Shown: positions 37,501 through 48,324, numbered from the stretch's first letter. The stretch is 64,000 nucleotides of DNA from Candidatus Woykebacteria bacterium RBG_13_40_15 (GCA_001816655.1 MHCP01000015.1:96049-160048); one strand, 5' to 3'. Notes: generated from the letters alone by a model not told the origin. Numbers and translations: made by a program.

Positions 37501-38324
37501 TCCATTTGGGGGGTATTGTTGGCTTGGATATTACTCAAGGATTGCCCCGGGTCGATGAAATTTTTGAAGCTAGGGTTCCAAAGACGAAAGCCCTGATGTC
37601 TGAAATTCCTGGAAAAATCGATATAATCGAAGGGGATGAAGAGAGAAAAATCCGCATTACTGCTAAAGACAAAAAAACAATCTTGGAAAAAGAATATATA
37701 GTTCCAGCGACAAGTGAGATTTTAGTCGATACAGGAAATTACGTGGAAGCCGGCACCGGTCTTACAAGCGGGCATTTGGATCTGAAAACTTTATTAGAGA
37801 CTAAAGGACAGCGGGCTGTTCAACAATACATCATTTCAGAATTGCAAAAAGTATATGAATCGCAGGGAGCCCAGATTAATGACAAACATTTTGAAGTAAT
37901 TGTAAGGAAAATGAGCGAAAAGGTTAGGGTTGAAACAGCTGGCGATACTAACCTCCTCCCAGGTGAAATGGTAGACAAAATGCGATTTAGTGAAGAGAAC
38001 GCAAAGGTTTTAGCCGAAGGAGGAGAACCGGCAACTGCTTCAATTGTGATTTTGGGTATTACTAGAGCAGCTTTATACACGGAGTCAGTCCTGTCAGCAG
38101 CCTCATTTCAAGAGACAACTTCTGTCCTGACTGATGCCGCAACGTCAGGAAAAATCGATTATCTAAGAGGACTTAAAGAAAACGTTATTATTGGTCGCCT
38201 GATCCCTACCGGAGAACGTGCTAGACTTAATGGAAAGGCTAGCGAAAAAGAGAAGCGGGCCACTATAATAGCAGCAGAAGATATAAGTATTAAACAGCCT
38301 CAAGTAAAAGAATCCACCTTCTAA
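34578..38324 (+). CDS. rpoC: RNA polymerase beta' subunit
   Basis: Zn finger CYCG..CDKC, active site ADFDGDQM, GEPGTQLTMRTFH. Confidence 0.99.
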   Translation: MNEIRDFEALRMILASSEDILSWSHGEVTKPETINYRTFKPEKDGLFDEKIFGPTKDWECYCGKYKRIRYRGVICDKCGVEVTQSKVRRERMGHIKLAAPVAHVWFFKGTPSKLSQLLDITPRYLEAVVYFANYLVIETDEEKRKRVLDEIGKFFKNQAELIQKDFSDRAKETDKDLKEELKKLNVKNKEQREIIAEELELKAKARRNALREEEAAELAKNEELRNSTSEKVKFIKKLSVISEEEYHRLKNYGAEDFMKVGMGAEAILELLKSLDLDKLSNTLREEVKNSSGQKLLKATKRLRVVEGFRQAGIKPDFMIMAVLPVIPPDLRPMVQLSGGRFATSDLNDLYRRVLNRNNRLKRLTDLGAPEIILRNEKRMLQEAVDALIDSAQRTTPTRAGVQVLRSLSDMLKGKQGRFRQNLLGKRVDYSGRSVIVVAPDIKLNECRVPKEMALELFKPYVLRELIFQGYAPNVKSAKHVFERRGPEVWDILESITKEHPVLLNRAPTLHRLGMQSFYPILTEGNAIGIHPSVCAGYGADFDGDQMAIHVPLASAAQEEALNLMMSTNNLLRPADGEPIMTPNHDVFLGIYYITLLDDGEAKHVFDEEEAVRAYYLGNIGLREKIKIIREGKSIETSAGRIFFNLALPIEMRFINDVIKGPDVKKLLVECQSRFGKKATVDLIDALKDLGFHFATTSGISIAISDAEIISEKKKLIDEADSKVEEIEKNFNRGLITEAEKTRLSQEVWATLTTKIDELTWESMDEENSLKMIQGSGARGSRDQIKQLAGMRGLVADPMGRIVELPSKSNFREGLEVFEYFTSTRGARKGLVDKALKTADAGYLTRRLVDVAHDVIVREENCGAKDGITLERVGENNFAQRLLGRVVAEDIKDKNKVIVKRNEIVTEAHLDLIEKANVPQAVIRSTLTCESKYGICQLCYGRDLATKEPVKIGTPVGVIAAQSIGEPGTQLTMRTFHLGGIVGLDITQGLPRVDEIFEARVPKTKALMSEIPGKIDIIEGDEERKIRITAKDKKTILEKEYIVPATSEILVDTGNYVEAGTGLTSGHLDLKTLLETKGQRAVQQYIISELQKVYESQGAQINDKHFEVIVRKMSEKVRVETAGDTNLLPGEMVDKMRFSEENAKVLAEGGEPATASIVILGITRAALYTESVLSAASFQETTSVLTDAATSGKIDYLRGLKENVIIGRLIPTGERARLNGKASEKEKRATIIAAEDISIKQPQVKESTF

Positions 38325-38378
38325 CTTTAAAGAAAGATCCCATTGTAAAAGGCCGAAATTTATTAAATAATATATTTA

Positions 38379-39293
38379 ATGAGGACCTTTTTGGCCTTTT
38401 TAATGGCCTTTATATTTTTATTTACGTTTCCGTTGGCAGTTATTTCGTTTTCCTTAGAGCATATACTTACCCCTACATATCTCAAGTCCTCCTTGTATAA
38501 GAGCGGGGTTTACAAGGCAGCTACTTCTGCTTTGATTTCCGTAGTTGATGAAATTAAGAACGAAGAAAACCAAATATCGATCGAGGATCAGCAAGAGTTA
38601 AAAAATTTTATAAAAAATGAAGTTACGCCGACGTATGTTAGAAATAAAGTAGAACTGTTTCTAGATCAAACTTTTTTATATCTCGGCAGTAAAAGCGAAA
38701 ACCCGCCAGGTGTAATGTTTTCGGACCTAAAACCTAAAGCTAAAGAAATATTTGGTGGCGAGCCGGTGCCAAAAGAAATAGATGATCTTCTGTCTAAACC
38801 ATTAGCGTTGCCACAAAATGAAGCAAAAAAATTCAGAAATGTGTATCAAATTTTTCAAAAAGCAACGATTCCTTTCATTATCATCAACCTTTCCTTACTG
38901 CTTGTAATATTTCTTTTAGTAAAAGGTTTAAAGTCAAAGTTGCGTTGGGTCTCTGCAACTTTGCTAATTCCAACAATTTTTGGATTAGTTAGCGCCGCGG
39001 CAACGTATGGTTTTGGAGAAGTGATAACATCACTGGCAACAAGTAGACTTGCCGATTCAGAAATAACACAATTTACAGAGCCGATTAGAAATCTTATCAA
39101 GCCGATTACAGCCGATTTGGCTAGCACAATGCTTATTATTTACGGTAGTGTTTTTGTTATCTCAATTGCGCTTTTTATAATATCGCTTCTTATTAGACCA
39201 CCAAAAGAACAAAAGCAAGAGGTCGTTACGCAAAATAAAACTCCAGAAGTACCTATGTCAGAAATAACTTACCCAGGACAAACCCCAGTCTGA
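38379..39293 (+). CDS. Hypothetical multi-pass membrane protein
   Basis: 304 aa; one N-terminal and three C-terminal hydrophobic segments. Confidence 0.75.
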   Translation: MRTFLAFLMAFIFLFTFPLAVISFSLEHILTPTYLKSSLYKSGVYKAATSALISVVDEIKNEENQISIEDQQELKNFIKNEVTPTYVRNKVELFLDQTFLYLGSKSENPPGVMFSDLKPKAKEIFGGEPVPKEIDDLLSKPLALPQNEAKKFRNVYQIFQKATIPFIIINLSLLLVIFLLVKGLKSKLRWVSATLLIPTIFGLVSAAATYGFGEVITSLATSRLADSEITQFTEPIRNLIKPITADLASTMLIIYGSVFVISIALFIISLLIRPPKEQKQEVVTQNKTPEVPMSEITYPGQTPV

Positions 39294-39350
39294 GATATCA
39301 ATTTTTTATTTGGCTATTGACAAACGTGTCTAATACGGTGTATAAATGTT

Positions 39351-39435
39351 CGGTTATTTTTCACCTCCTTTTAGCCGGGTAAAAGTTGCTGATTAGATCC
39401 ATTGGGCCTAACAGCAACCCCCGGCTGTTTTATTC
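39351..39435 (+). ncRNA. Putative small RNA with anti-SD loop and alternative terminator-like stem
   Basis: CGGTTA-[TTTTTCACCTCCTTT]-TAGCCG; competing AGCCGGG..GTTGCTG/CAGCAAC..CCCGGCT followed by GTTTT; TTGACA at 39317. Confidence 0.45.
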
Positions 39436-39452
39436 TCTGGTGCTAAAGTTAT

Positions 39453-39481
39453 TTGACAGCTGTTTGATCTAAGACTATAAT
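39453..39481 (+). promoter_or_regulatory. rpsL (str operon) promoter
   Basis: Consensus TTGACA-17-TATAAT. Confidence 0.8.
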
Positions 39482-39509
39482 CTAGCGAGTAAATTAAGGG
39501 TTAAAAATT

Positions 39510-39923
39510 ATGCCAACAATTAATCAACTTGTTCGAAAAGGCAGAAAAAAAGTAACTACAAAAGTCAAAGCCACTGCTTTGCGTGGTTCTTTTAATTCTC
39601 CGAAAAGAAAATTAGTTCCAACAACTAATCCTCAGAAAAGAGGGGTGGCTATTGCTGTAAAAACAATGACGCCTAAGAAACCAAATTCTGCATTGAGAAA
39701 AATAGCTAGAGTACGTCTTTCTAACCGAAAAGAAATAACTGCTTACATTCCCGGTATTGGCCATAGTTTACAAGAACACTCCATCGTACTGGTGAGAGGT
39801 GGGAGGGTTAAAGATTTACCAGGTGTGAAGTACCATGTTATAAGAGGGCATTACGATACATCTGGGGTGGAGAATCGAAAGCAAGGCCGTAGTTTATACG
39901 GCAGCAAGAAATCTAAAGAGTAA
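39510..39923 (+). CDS. rpsL: 30S ribosomal protein S12
   Basis: [20 protein letters not shown]. Confidence 0.99.
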   Translation: MPTINQLVRKGRKKVTTKVKATALRGSFNSPKRKLVPTTNPQKRGVAIAVKTMTPKKPNSALRKIARVRLSNRKEITAYIPGIGHSLQEHSIVLVRGGRVKDLPGVKYHVIRGHYDTSGVENRKQGRSLYGSKKSKE

Positions 39924-39966
39924 TTATATCTCGCTAGAAAAACGCGAGATGTAATCTTACGATTAT
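39923..39966 (+). repeat. Palindromic intergenic repeat, copy A
   Basis: ATTATATCTCGC-TAGAAAAAC-GCGAGATGTAAT-CTTACGATTAT. Confidence 0.7.
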
Positions 39967-40438
39967 GAGAGGTAAAAGAGCTGAAAAAAGAAAACTTGTG
40001 CCGGACCCAGTTTATAATAGCCGTTTAGTTGTAAGGCTTGTAAATCGTATTATGGAACAAGGTAAGAAAAAGGTTGCAGAAGGGGTTGTTTACGATTCGT
40101 TTGAAAAAATAAAGCAGGGGGGAAAAGACCCACTTGAGGTATTTGAAACGGCAGTAAGAAATGTTAGCCCAAAAATGGAAGTAAAATCTCGCCGAATTGG
40201 TGGGGCTTCTTATCAAGTACCGATGGAAGTAAGAGGCGATCGAAAAGAATCATTAGCGCTTCGCTGGATTGTTTCTTTTGCAAAACAGCGGCCTAATTCA
40301 GAATATAAAACAATGATCGATAAATTGGCAGCGGAATTAACTGATGCGGCATCAGGAACAGGTGCGGCAATTAAAAAGAGAGACGACACACATCGTATGG
40401 CTGAGGCGAATAAAGCCTTCTCGCATTTCCGTTGGTAG
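39965..40438 (+). CDS. rpsG: 30S ribosomal protein S7
   Basis: [28 protein letters not shown]. Confidence 0.99.
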   Translation: MRGKRAEKRKLVPDPVYNSRLVVRLVNRIMEQGKKKVAEGVVYDSFEKIKQGGKDPLEVFETAVRNVSPKMEVKSRRIGGASYQVPMEVRGDRKESLALRWIVSFAKQRPNSEYKTMIDKLAAELTDAASGTGAAIKKRDDTHRMAEANKAFSHFRW

Positions 40439-40474
40439 GGCGCTCGGCCTTGCCTTTTGGCTTCGCCAAAACGT

Positions 40475-40501
40475 AAAGCATTTGCACATTTTCGCTGGTA
40501 A
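40475..40501 (+). pseudogene. Diverged duplicate of the rpsG 3' end (KAFAHFRW*)
   Basis: AAA GCA TTT GCA CAT TTT CGC TGG TAA vs AAA GCC TTC TCG CAT TTC CGT TGG TAG. Confidence 0.7.
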
Positions 40502-40646
40502 TTAAGCAAGCTCAAACAATTTAATGCCACTGCTTAAAACAGTTCTTATTGACAGGCTGACTGCCTTCTGATATCATTTTCCATTTGAAGAAACCAAGGA
40601 TGTCTTTTCCCAACCAGAATTGATATAATTTAGGCTCAAGCTAAAA

Positions 40647-42755
40647 ATGGCAAAAGAAGTCGCGTTAGAAAACATTCGTAATATTGGTATTATTGCTCAT
40701 ATTGACGCCGGGAAGACGACGGTTACTGAGCGTGTGCTTTTTTATACGGGAAAGACTTACAAAATTGGAGAGGTTCATGAAGGCACTGCCGTCATGGATT
40801 GGATGGCCCAAGAACGCGAGCGAGGAATTACAATTACCTCCGCCGCAACTACCGCTTTTTGGGAAACAAAAGAGGGCCCCTTTAAAGACACAAAACACAG
40901 AGTCAACATCATCGATACTCCAGGCCATGTAGATTTTACAGCCGAAGTTGAAAGATCTCTTCGTGTTTTGGATGGTGGAGTAGTCGTTTTTGATGGAAAA
41001 ATGGGGGTAGAGCCTCAGAGTGAAACTGTGTGGCGCCAAGCTGATAAATACAATGTCCCGAGGATTTGTTTTATCAACAAATTGGATGCAACTGGGAGCG
41101 ATTTTTACAAAAGCTATAAATCAATTAAAGAGAGACTTGGCTCAAATGCTCACCCAATTCAGCTGCCAATTGGTGAGGAAAGCAATTTCAAAGGCGTTGT
41201 TGATCTAATCAGTAGGAAAGCCGCCATTTATACTGATGAACTTGGTGCGCATCCCGCTGAAGCCGAAATTCCAGCCGAATTAAATGATAAAGTCGAAGAA
41301 TACCGCGAGAAGCTGGTGGAGCAAATCGCAGAGCATTCCACTGACGATCTTCTAGAAAAATATCTTGGAGGACAAGAATTAACTGAGGAAGAACTAAGAA
41401 GGGGGCTTCGAGTCGCTACTATTGCAGGAAAAATAACCCCAGTCATGGCTGGTAGTGCCCTTAAGAATAAAGCGATTCAACCTCTTTTAGATGCTGTTGT
41501 GGATTACCTACCATCTCCTCTAGATTTGCCGGCGGTTAGGGGAATTAATCCGAATACAAATGAAGAGGAAGAACGAAAAACTTCAGACAGTGAGCCTTTT
41601 TCAGCTCTCGCTTTTAAAGTAATGTCTGATCCTTTTGTTGGTCGACTAACATATTTCCGAGTTTATTCCGGAAAGCTTACAGCTGGTAGCTATATTTATA
41701 ACTCAAGCAAACAGATTAAAGAGAGAGTCGGCCGAATATTATTAATGCACGCAAATGCTAGGCAAGAACTTACTGATATTTCAGCCGGTGAGATAGGGGC
41801 TGCCGTTGGATTGAAAGATACGTTCACCGGGGATACTCTTTCCGATGAAAGTAAATCGATCGTTTTTGAGACTATCAAGTTTCCCGAACCGGTTATTTCC
41901 TTAGCAATTGAACCAAAGACAAAGGTGGACCAAGAAAAAATGAGCCTGGCTTTGGCAAAACTATCTGAAGAAGATCCCACTTTCCGAATGAAGACAGATT
42001 TAGAAACGGGCCAAGCTATAATTTCTGGTATGGGAGAACTACATCTCGAAATTATAGTTGACCGAATGAAAAGAGAATTTAATGTCGAAGCTAATGTTGG
42101 CCGCCCACAGGTTGCTTATAAAGAAACGATTAGAAAGACCGCTAATGGCGAAGGGAAGTATATCAGACAAACTGGGGGGAGAGGTCAATATGGACACTGT
42201 CTGATTAGACTTGATCCCAAAGGCCGAGGCGAGGGGGGTGAATTTGTTTCCGAAATTGTCGGCGGTGCCATACCACGTGAATTTATTCCCGCAGTTGAAA
42301 AAGGGGTAAAAGAGGCATTCGACAACGGTATGTTAGCAGGCTATCCAGTAGTTGATGTAAAAGCCGCTGTTTACGATGGAAGTTACCATGAGGTTGACTC
42401 GTCTGAAGTTGCCTTTAAAATCGCTGCTTCTATGGCCGTAAAAGAGGCGGCTAAAAAAGGAAACCCGGTGTTACTTGAGCCTATTATGAAAATAGAAGTT
42501 ACTGCTCCTGAGGAATTTATGGGGGAAGTGATTGGAGATTTATCGTCAAAACGAGCAAGAATTGAATCTACTGAAAGTAAAGGAAATACTAGAATAATAA
42601 AAGCCTTAGTACCTCTGGCCGAAATGTTTGGTTATGCCACTACCCTTCGAAGCCTTACTAGTGGTAGAGCAGGTTTTAACATGGAGCCCTCACATTACGA
42701 AGAAGTGCCAGCAAACATCGCGACGACAATAACTGAAAAAGCAGGAAAAAGTTAA
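40647..42755 (+). CDS. fusA: Elongation factor G
   Basis: [25 protein letters not shown]; promoter TTGACA-17-TATCAT at 40549-40577. Confidence 0.99.
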   Translation: MAKEVALENIRNIGIIAHIDAGKTTVTERVLFYTGKTYKIGEVHEGTAVMDWMAQERERGITITSAATTAFWETKEGPFKDTKHRVNIIDTPGHVDFTAEVERSLRVLDGGVVVFDGKMGVEPQSETVWRQADKYNVPRICFINKLDATGSDFYKSYKSIKERLGSNAHPIQLPIGEESNFKGVVDLISRKAAIYTDELGAHPAEAEIPAELNDKVEEYREKLVEQIAEHSTDDLLEKYLGGQELTEEELRRGLRVATIAGKITPVMAGSALKNKAIQPLLDAVVDYLPSPLDLPAVRGINPNTNEEEERKTSDSEPFSALAFKVMSDPFVGRLTYFRVYSGKLTAGSYIYNSSKQIKERVGRILLMHANARQELTDISAGEIGAAVGLKDTFTGDTLSDESKSIVFETIKFPEPVISLAIEPKTKVDQEKMSLALAKLSEEDPTFRMKTDLETGQAIISGMGELHLEIIVDRMKREFNVEANVGRPQVAYKETIRKTANGEGKYIRQTGGRGQYGHCLIRLDPKGRGEGGEFVSEIVGGAIPREFIPAVEKGVKEAFDNGMLAGYPVVDVKAAVYDGSYHEVDSSEVAFKIAASMAVKEAAKKGNPVLLEPIMKIEVTAPEEFMGEVIGDLSSKRARIESTESKGNTRIIKALVPLAEMFGYATTLRSLTSGRAGFNMEPSHYEEVPANIATTITEKAGKS

Positions 42756-42854
42756 ATACAAAAAAGGTGTTGACTTCTTGCTTATAAATCATTAAAATCT
42801 CAAGGCTAGCGTTTATTAGAATTTGAGAAGCTTAAAAAATCAAGGAGGATTATT

Positions 42855-44045
42855 ATGGCTGAAGGAAAAAAATTTGAAAGAACAAAACCTCATATAAATG
42901 TGGGGACCATAGGACATGTTGACCATGGTAAAACTACCCTCACGTCCGCTATTACAAAATATTTATCAAAAAAAGGTGGGTCCGAATACGTCCCATTCGA
43001 TTCAATTGATAAAGCCCCCGAAGAGAAACAGCGGGGAATTACAATTGCTTTAGCACACGTTGAATATGAAACTGACAAACGACACTATGCCCATATTGAT
43101 GCTCCAGGACACGCAGATTATATTAAAAACATGATTACTGGAGCGGCCCAAATGGATGGAGCTATTCTAGTAGTTTCCGCTGCTGATGGCCCTATGCCCC
43201 AGACTAGAGAGCACATATTGCTGGCATACCAAGTTGGAGTCCCAGCAATTGTTGTTTATATGAATAAAGTTGATACCGTTGACGATAAAGATTTATTGGA
43301 TTTGGTTGAAGAAGAGATACGGGAATTACTTACCAAGTACGAATATCCTGGTAAGGATGTCCCGATCATTCGTGGCAGTGCCTTGAAGGCTTTGGAGGGT
43401 GACGCTGAAGCTGAGAAGAGTATTGAAGAACTACTTAAGGCTGTTGATGATTATATCCCAACGCCGCCTCGTGAGTTGGATAAGCCATTTTTAATGCCTG
43501 TCGAAGATGTGTTTTCAATCAAGGGTCGAGGCACAGTTGTTACTGGGAGAGTGGAGCGTGGCAAGATAAAGGTGAATGATGCAGTGGAAATAGTTGGTAT
43601 TAGACCAAAGACGACTCAAACAGTCGTTACTGGAGTTGAGATGTTCCGAAAACAACTCGACGAAGGACAAGCAGGAGATAACATTGGGCTCCTTCTTAGA
43701 GGTATAGAAAAAGACGATGTCGAGAGAGGTCAAGTCGTTGCTATTCCAGGTAGTGTTAAGCCCCACACAGAATTCGAAGCTGAAGTTTATGTTTTGACAA
43801 AAGAAGAAGGCGGTCGACACACCCCTTTCTTCTCTGGGTACAAACCACAATTTTATTTTAGAACTACAGATGTGACCGGAGAGTCTACCTTAGCAGAGGG
43901 GACCGAGATGGTAATGCCTGGTGATAACGCTAAACTTAAAGTTAAATTAATTGGACCGGTTGCACTAGAAGAAGGCCTAAGATTTGCTATCAGAGAAGGG
44001 GGCAAAACAGTTGGTGCTGGTGTCGTAACAAAAATCATAGCTTAA
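42855..44045 (+). CDS. tuf: Elongation factor Tu
   Basis: [18 protein letters not shown]; own promoter TTGACT-17-TAAAAT at 42770-42798 and SD AAGGAGG. Confidence 0.99.
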   Translation: MAEGKKFERTKPHINVGTIGHVDHGKTTLTSAITKYLSKKGGSEYVPFDSIDKAPEEKQRGITIALAHVEYETDKRHYAHIDAPGHADYIKNMITGAAQMDGAILVVSAADGPMPQTREHILLAYQVGVPAIVVYMNKVDTVDDKDLLDLVEEEIRELLTKYEYPGKDVPIIRGSALKALEGDAEAEKSIEELLKAVDDYIPTPPRELDKPFLMPVEDVFSIKGRGTVVTGRVERGKIKVNDAVEIVGIRPKTTQTVVTGVEMFRKQLDEGQAGDNIGLLLRGIEKDDVERGQVVAIPGSVKPHTEFEAEVYVLTKEEGGRHTPFFSGYKPQFYFRTTDVTGESTLAEGTEMVMPGDNAKLKVKLIGPVALEEGLRFAIREGGKTVGAGVVTKIIA

Positions 44046-44073
44046 TTAAGTTACAGGATAACAAATAATTAGT

Positions 44074-44382
44074 ATGCCAAAAGGAAGGTTAAGAGTACGT
44101 TTAAAATCATACGATGCACGGGTGCTGGATGACTCGGCGGAGGAAATATTAGATACTGCGATTCGGACTGGCGCAAAAGTTGCCGGTCCAGTCCCGCTTC
44201 CAACAGAAAAAGAAAGTTTTACTGTAACTACCTCGCCACATGTCGATAAGGATGCCCGAGAGCAATTTGAAATCAGGACTCATAAGAGAGTAATTGATAT
44301 AATTGAGCCAACACCAAAAACGTTAGATGCTCTTATGCATCTAGAATTGCCCGCCGGAGTAGATATTGAGGTCAAGATGTAA
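44074..44382 (+). CDS. rpsJ: 30S ribosomal protein S10
   Basis: [26 protein letters not shown]. Confidence 0.98.
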   Translation: MPKGRLRVRLKSYDARVLDDSAEEILDTAIRTGAKVAGPVPLPTEKESFTVTTSPHVDKDAREQFEIRTHKRVIDIIEPTPKTLDALMHLELPAGVDIEVKM

Positions 44383-44420
44383 ATTATTTTGCATTTGATT
44401 AATTAATATAAAGTAAATCT

Positions 44421-44438
44421 TTGGGCCGCAAGGCCCAA
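44421..44438 (+). promoter_or_regulatory. GNRA-tetraloop hairpin between rpsJ and rplC
   Basis: TTGGGCC-GCAA-GGCCCAA. Confidence 0.4.
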
Positions 44439-44452
44439 GTTTAGTAAAAAAT

Positions 44453-45271
44453 ATGGTGAATGGAATGATTGGTAGAAAAATTTTAATGAGCCAGATCTTT
44501 AATAAGTACAACAAAATGATTCCCGTGACAAAAATTAAGGTAGAGCCAAACTTTGTTGTGCAGATGAAGAACTTAGAAAAAGATGGCTATAAATCCGTCC
44601 AACTTGGTGTTGGCGAAAAAAGAAAAGCCAAAAAGCCCCAGCTAGAAAATAGTAAGAAGGTAGGCCTGAGCTTTAGCCCGACTATTTTACATGAATTTAA
44701 ATTCGATGGCGATTTAAAACCTGGAGAAAAGCTAGAAGTGGATCAAGTTTTTCGAAAAGGATCACTGGTTAATGTTTCGGGGGTTTCAAAAGGAAAAGGG
44801 TTTGCTGGGGTTGTAAAACGCTGGGGTTTTGCAGGAGGCCCTAGAACACACGGACAATCAGATCGTGAGCGTGCAGCCGGATCAATTGGCGCGACAACTA
44901 CCCCGGGACGAGTTTATAAAGGTATGAAGATGGCAGGGCATATGGGTAATAAGCAGGTAACAGTGGAAGGGCTGGAAATTGTTGAACTAAACAAAGACGA
45001 AAACGAGATTTTAGTAGCAGGTTCTGTGCCTGGAGCGGTTGGGAGTGTGGTATTTATACAAAAATCAGAAAAGAAAAAGAAGGCGTATCAGGAGCCTGAA
45101 ATACCGCGAACACCTGTAATTTCAGGAAAGGAAGAAAAAGAGACGGAAGGGCCAAAGGAAAGTCTCGCAGAGGGAATTACCGAAGAGCCAAAATCTGATC
45201 ATAGTGCTCCGCAACCCGCTTTAGGCGAAGAAGAAACTACCTTAGAAAGTGAAGGCGATAGTGGAAAATAA
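44453..45271 (+). CDS. rplC: 50S ribosomal protein L3 (acidic C-terminal extension)
   Basis: SKGKGFAGVVKRWGF, PGRVYKGMKMAGHMG. Confidence 0.97.
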   Translation: MVNGMIGRKILMSQIFNKYNKMIPVTKIKVEPNFVVQMKNLEKDGYKSVQLGVGEKRKAKKPQLENSKKVGLSFSPTILHEFKFDGDLKPGEKLEVDQVFRKGSLVNVSGVSKGKGFAGVVKRWGFAGGPRTHGQSDRERAAGSIGATTTPGRVYKGMKMAGHMGNKQVTVEGLEIVELNKDENEILVAGSVPGAVGSVVFIQKSEKKKKAYQEPEIPRTPVISGKEEKETEGPKESLAEGITEEPKSDHSAPQPALGEEETTLESEGDSGK

Positions 45272-45977
45272 AAAGAAAACAACTAATACTAAAAAGGTAA
45301 AAAAAGAAACAAAACAGATCGATAAAGGATTAAAAACTCCTATTTTTAACAGAGAAGGGGAGGCGGTTAAAAGTATTTTATTACCAAAAGAAATTTTTGG
45401 TCAAAAAACCAATAAAGCTCTACTTGCCCAAGTGATTAGGATTTACCTAGCGAATCAAAGGCCCCCAACAGCTTCAACAAAAACCAGATCTGAGGTGGCA
45501 GGAGGCGGGCGAAAACCACATAGACAAAAGGGAACTGGACGGGCTAGAGCAGGAAGTATTAGAGCGCCGGGGCGGCGTGGTGGTGGCATTGTTTTTGGTC
45601 CTCAACCGACCGCTACGTTATTAAAAGCACCTAAAAAAATGCGTCAAAAAGCTTTTTCAATTGCTCTTTCGGATAAATACACAGAAGGTAATATACTTTT
45701 TGTCGATAGTTTAGAGTTTAAACAACCAAAGACTAAGACAGCAGCCAAGATTTTAACTAAACTACCTCTTAAAAAAAGAGGTAAAATATTACTTGTTTTA
45801 TATGGTGATAGCTCTACTTCATCAAAATCATTTAGGAATTTGGAAAATATTAAAATTAAAAAAATAGATGATTTAAATATCTTGGATTTACTAAAAGCAG
45901 ACAGTTCAATTTTCACACTTGACGCATTGGAAAAATTGAAGGAACGTTTTAATTATGGAAATAAACAGAGTGATTAA
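45249..45977 (+). CDS. rplD: 50S ribosomal protein L4
   Basis: TKTRSEVAGGGRKPHRQKGTGRARAGS (start may be GTG 45261). Confidence 0.97.
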   Translation: MKAIVENKKKTTNTKKVKKETKQIDKGLKTPIFNREGEAVKSILLPKEIFGQKTNKALLAQVIRIYLANQRPPTASTKTRSEVAGGGRKPHRQKGTGRARAGSIRAPGRRGGGIVFGPQPTATLLKAPKKMRQKAFSIALSDKYTEGNILFVDSLEFKQPKTKTAAKILTKLPLKKRGKILLVLYGDSSTSSKSFRNLENIKIKKIDDLNILDLLKADSSIFTLDALEKLKERFNYGNKQSD

Positions 45978-46245
45978 AAAACCACTACTTAGTGAAAAAA
46001 GCTTTCAAGATGCCGCTTCTGGTAAGTTCTCCTTCGTAGTTGATTTGAAAGCAAATAAAAAGGAGATTGGTAAAGCTGTCGGAAAAAATTTTAAAGTTGA
46101 TGTTTTAAGCGTTGCTACAAGGATTTCAAAAGGTAAGCGTGTCAAACTGCGCGGAAGGAATCAAGAAAGAAAAGGATCAAAAGTAAAAATAGCGACTGTT
46201 AGACTTGGTAAAGACCAAAAGATACAGATTTTTGAGGGTGGTTAA
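45955..46245 (+). CDS. rplW: 50S ribosomal protein L23
   Basis: [19 protein letters not shown]; operon order. Confidence 0.95.
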   Translation: MEINRVIKKPLLSEKSFQDAASGKFSFVVDLKANKKEIGKAVGKNFKVDVLSVATRISKGKRVKLRGRNQERKGSKVKIATVRLGKDQKIQIFEGG

Positions 46246-46247
46246 AA

Positions 46248-47048
46248 ATGGTTAAAAAAATAAAAGAAGCAGAAGAGCAAATTAAAAGGAAATTAGCTAC
46301 AAAACCCGTAAAAAGTTTGCGTGAGATTTTGGTTAAGACAGGCGGCCGCGATTTTAGTGGTCAGGTTTCTGTCCGTCATATAGGTGGTCGGCAAAAAAGA
46401 TTTTATAGAATAATTGATTTTAAACGAGATAAATTCAATATTGAAGGAAGTGTGGCCGCAATCGAATATGATCCAAATAGGAACGTAAAAGTTGCCCTAA
46501 TTAATTATGTTGATGGCGAAAAAAGATATATAATTGCCCCTGAAGGTTTGGAGATTGGAGATAAAATAATTTCTGCTGAGAAGGCAGAAATAAAAGCTGG
46601 TAATGCACTACCTCTAAAAAATATTCCGATTGGGGTACAGGTTAATTGCATTGAACTGGTACCAGGAAAAGGTGCAATTCTTGCTAGAACAGCAGGTTCT
46701 TATGCTACTGTTTCAGCTAAAGAAGGATCATTCGCCCACTTAAGACTCCCCTCGGGGGAGTTGCGTAAGCTTGTTAGCGAAAATATAGCAACAGTTGGCC
46801 AGCTAAGCAATATTGATTGGAAAAATAGAAGTTTGGGAAAAGCAGGTAGGACTAGACATATCGGAGTTAGGCCAACAGTTCGGGGTGTAGCAATGAGCCC
46901 CCGAGACCATCCTCATGGTGGTGGTGAGGGTAGAAGTGGTATTGGTATGAGTTCACCGAAAAGCCCAACAGGAAAGAAAACACTCGGCAAAAAAACTAGG
47001 AAATCAAAGTATTCCGATAAGTTTATTTTGGAAAGGAGAAAAAAGTAA
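46248..47048 (+). CDS. rplB: 50S ribosomal protein L2
   Basis: [32 protein letters not shown]. Confidence 0.98.
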   Translation: MVKKIKEAEEQIKRKLATKPVKSLREILVKTGGRDFSGQVSVRHIGGRQKRFYRIIDFKRDKFNIEGSVAAIEYDPNRNVKVALINYVDGEKRYIIAPEGLEIGDKIISAEKAEIKAGNALPLKNIPIGVQVNCIELVPGKGAILARTAGSYATVSAKEGSFAHLRLPSGELRKLVSENIATVGQLSNIDWKNRSLGKAGRTRHIGVRPTVRGVAMSPRDHPHGGGEGRSGIGMSSPKSPTGKKTLGKKTRKSKYSDKFILERRKK

Positions 47049-47333
47049 ATGGCTAGATCGAGTAAAAAAGGCCCGTATGTTGATGAAAAATTACTGAAAA
47101 AAGTAAATTTTTCTAAAGAAAAGGGTGAACGGACTCCAATTAAAACCTGGGCTAGAAGTAGCCAGATTTCTCCTAACATGGTTGGGGTAACTATCGCTAT
47201 CCATAATGGAAAAACATTTAATCCAGTCTTTATTACAGAAGCAATGGTAGGGCATAGACTTGGTGAATTTGCTCCAACGAGAAGATTTACTGGTCATGGT
47301 TCAGTAACTAAGAGGACAATTACAGCAACTTAA
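47049..47333 (+). CDS. rpsS: 30S ribosomal protein S19
   Basis: [23 protein letters not shown]. Confidence 0.98.
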   Translation: MARSSKKGPYVDEKLLKKVNFSKEKGERTPIKTWARSSQISPNMVGVTIAIHNGKTFNPVFITEAMVGHRLGEFAPTRRFTGHGSVTKRTITAT

Positions 47334-47342
47334 AGGATTTTT

Positions 47343-47681
47343 ATGTCAGAAGTTACGGCAGTTAGTAAAAATTTAAGAGTATCACCGAAAAAAGTACGGC
47401 TTATTGCGTATAATTTGCGTGGTAAAAACGCAGAAAGCGCTCTTGAATCATTACGTTTCGTACCGAGAAAAGCAGCGACACCCCTATACAAAGTTTTGAA
47501 GTCTGCTATTGCTAATGCTAAGAATAACTTTAAATTGGAAATAGCCCATTTAAAAATCAAAGAACTTTTGGTCGATGAGGGAAAAACTATGAAAAGATAT
47601 CGCCCAGTTTCTCGCGGAGCTGCTCATCAAATTTTGAAAAGAACAACACATATAAAAGTGGTTTTGGAAGGAGAAAACTAA
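47343..47681 (+). CDS. rplV: 50S ribosomal protein L22
   Basis: SPKKVRL, SAIANA, KRTTHIKVV. Confidence 0.97.
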   Translation: MSEVTAVSKNLRVSPKKVRLIAYNLRGKNAESALESLRFVPRKAATPLYKVLKSAIANAKNNFKLEIAHLKIKELLVDEGKTMKRYRPVSRGAAHQILKRTTHIKVVLEGEN

Positions 47682-47682
47682 T

Positions 47683-48321
47683 ATGGGACAAAAAGTAGAC
47701 CCAAGAGCAGCGAGACTGACTCTAACACACAACTGGTCATCAAAATGGTTCGCAAAAGATGATAAAAGGTATCGGGAGTTCCTAATAGAGGATTTTCAAA
47801 TCCGAGAGTTAATAATGGGAAAACTACGTAGCTCTGGAGTAAGCCGTGTCTTAATTGAGCGTCCTGTGGGTAAAATAAAAATTACAATTCAAGTTTCCCG
47901 GCCTGGTATGGTTATTGGTCGGGGTGGTAGTGGGGTTGAGGAATTGAGAAAAGCTATAGAAGAAAAAATTGGGAAAAAGGTTTCTTTAGATATCCAAGAG
48001 ATAAAACAATTTGATTTAGATGCCTATTTGGTTGCTCGGGGGATAGCCGATCAAATAGAAAAACGCTACTCAGTAAAAAGGGCAATGATTCAAACTTCAG
48101 AGCGTGTTAAGAGGGTAGGAGCTTTGGGGGTAAAGATTATTTGTTCTGGTAGACTTGGTGGTTCAGAAATTGCCCGCAGAGAAAAAGTAGTTGTGGGTAG
48201 TATTCCAGCATCAACATTGAGAGCAAATATTGATTATGCAAGAGTAGATGCCAAGACGCCAACAGCTGGGGTAGTAGGAGTGAAAGTTTGGATCCATAAA
48301 AAAGAGGAGTCTAAGGAGTAA
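47683..48321 (+). CDS. rpsC: 30S ribosomal protein S3
   Basis: MGQKVDP, RPGMVIGRGG, SGRLGGSEIAR. Confidence 0.98.
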   Translation: MGQKVDPRAARLTLTHNWSSKWFAKDDKRYREFLIEDFQIRELIMGKLRSSGVSRVLIERPVGKIKITIQVSRPGMVIGRGGSGVEELRKAIEEKIGKKVSLDIQEIKQFDLDAYLVARGIADQIEKRYSVKRAMIQTSERVKRVGALGVKIICSGRLGGSEIARREKVVVGSIPASTLRANIDYARVDAKTPTAGVVGVKVWIHKKEESKE

Positions 48322-48324
48322 TTT

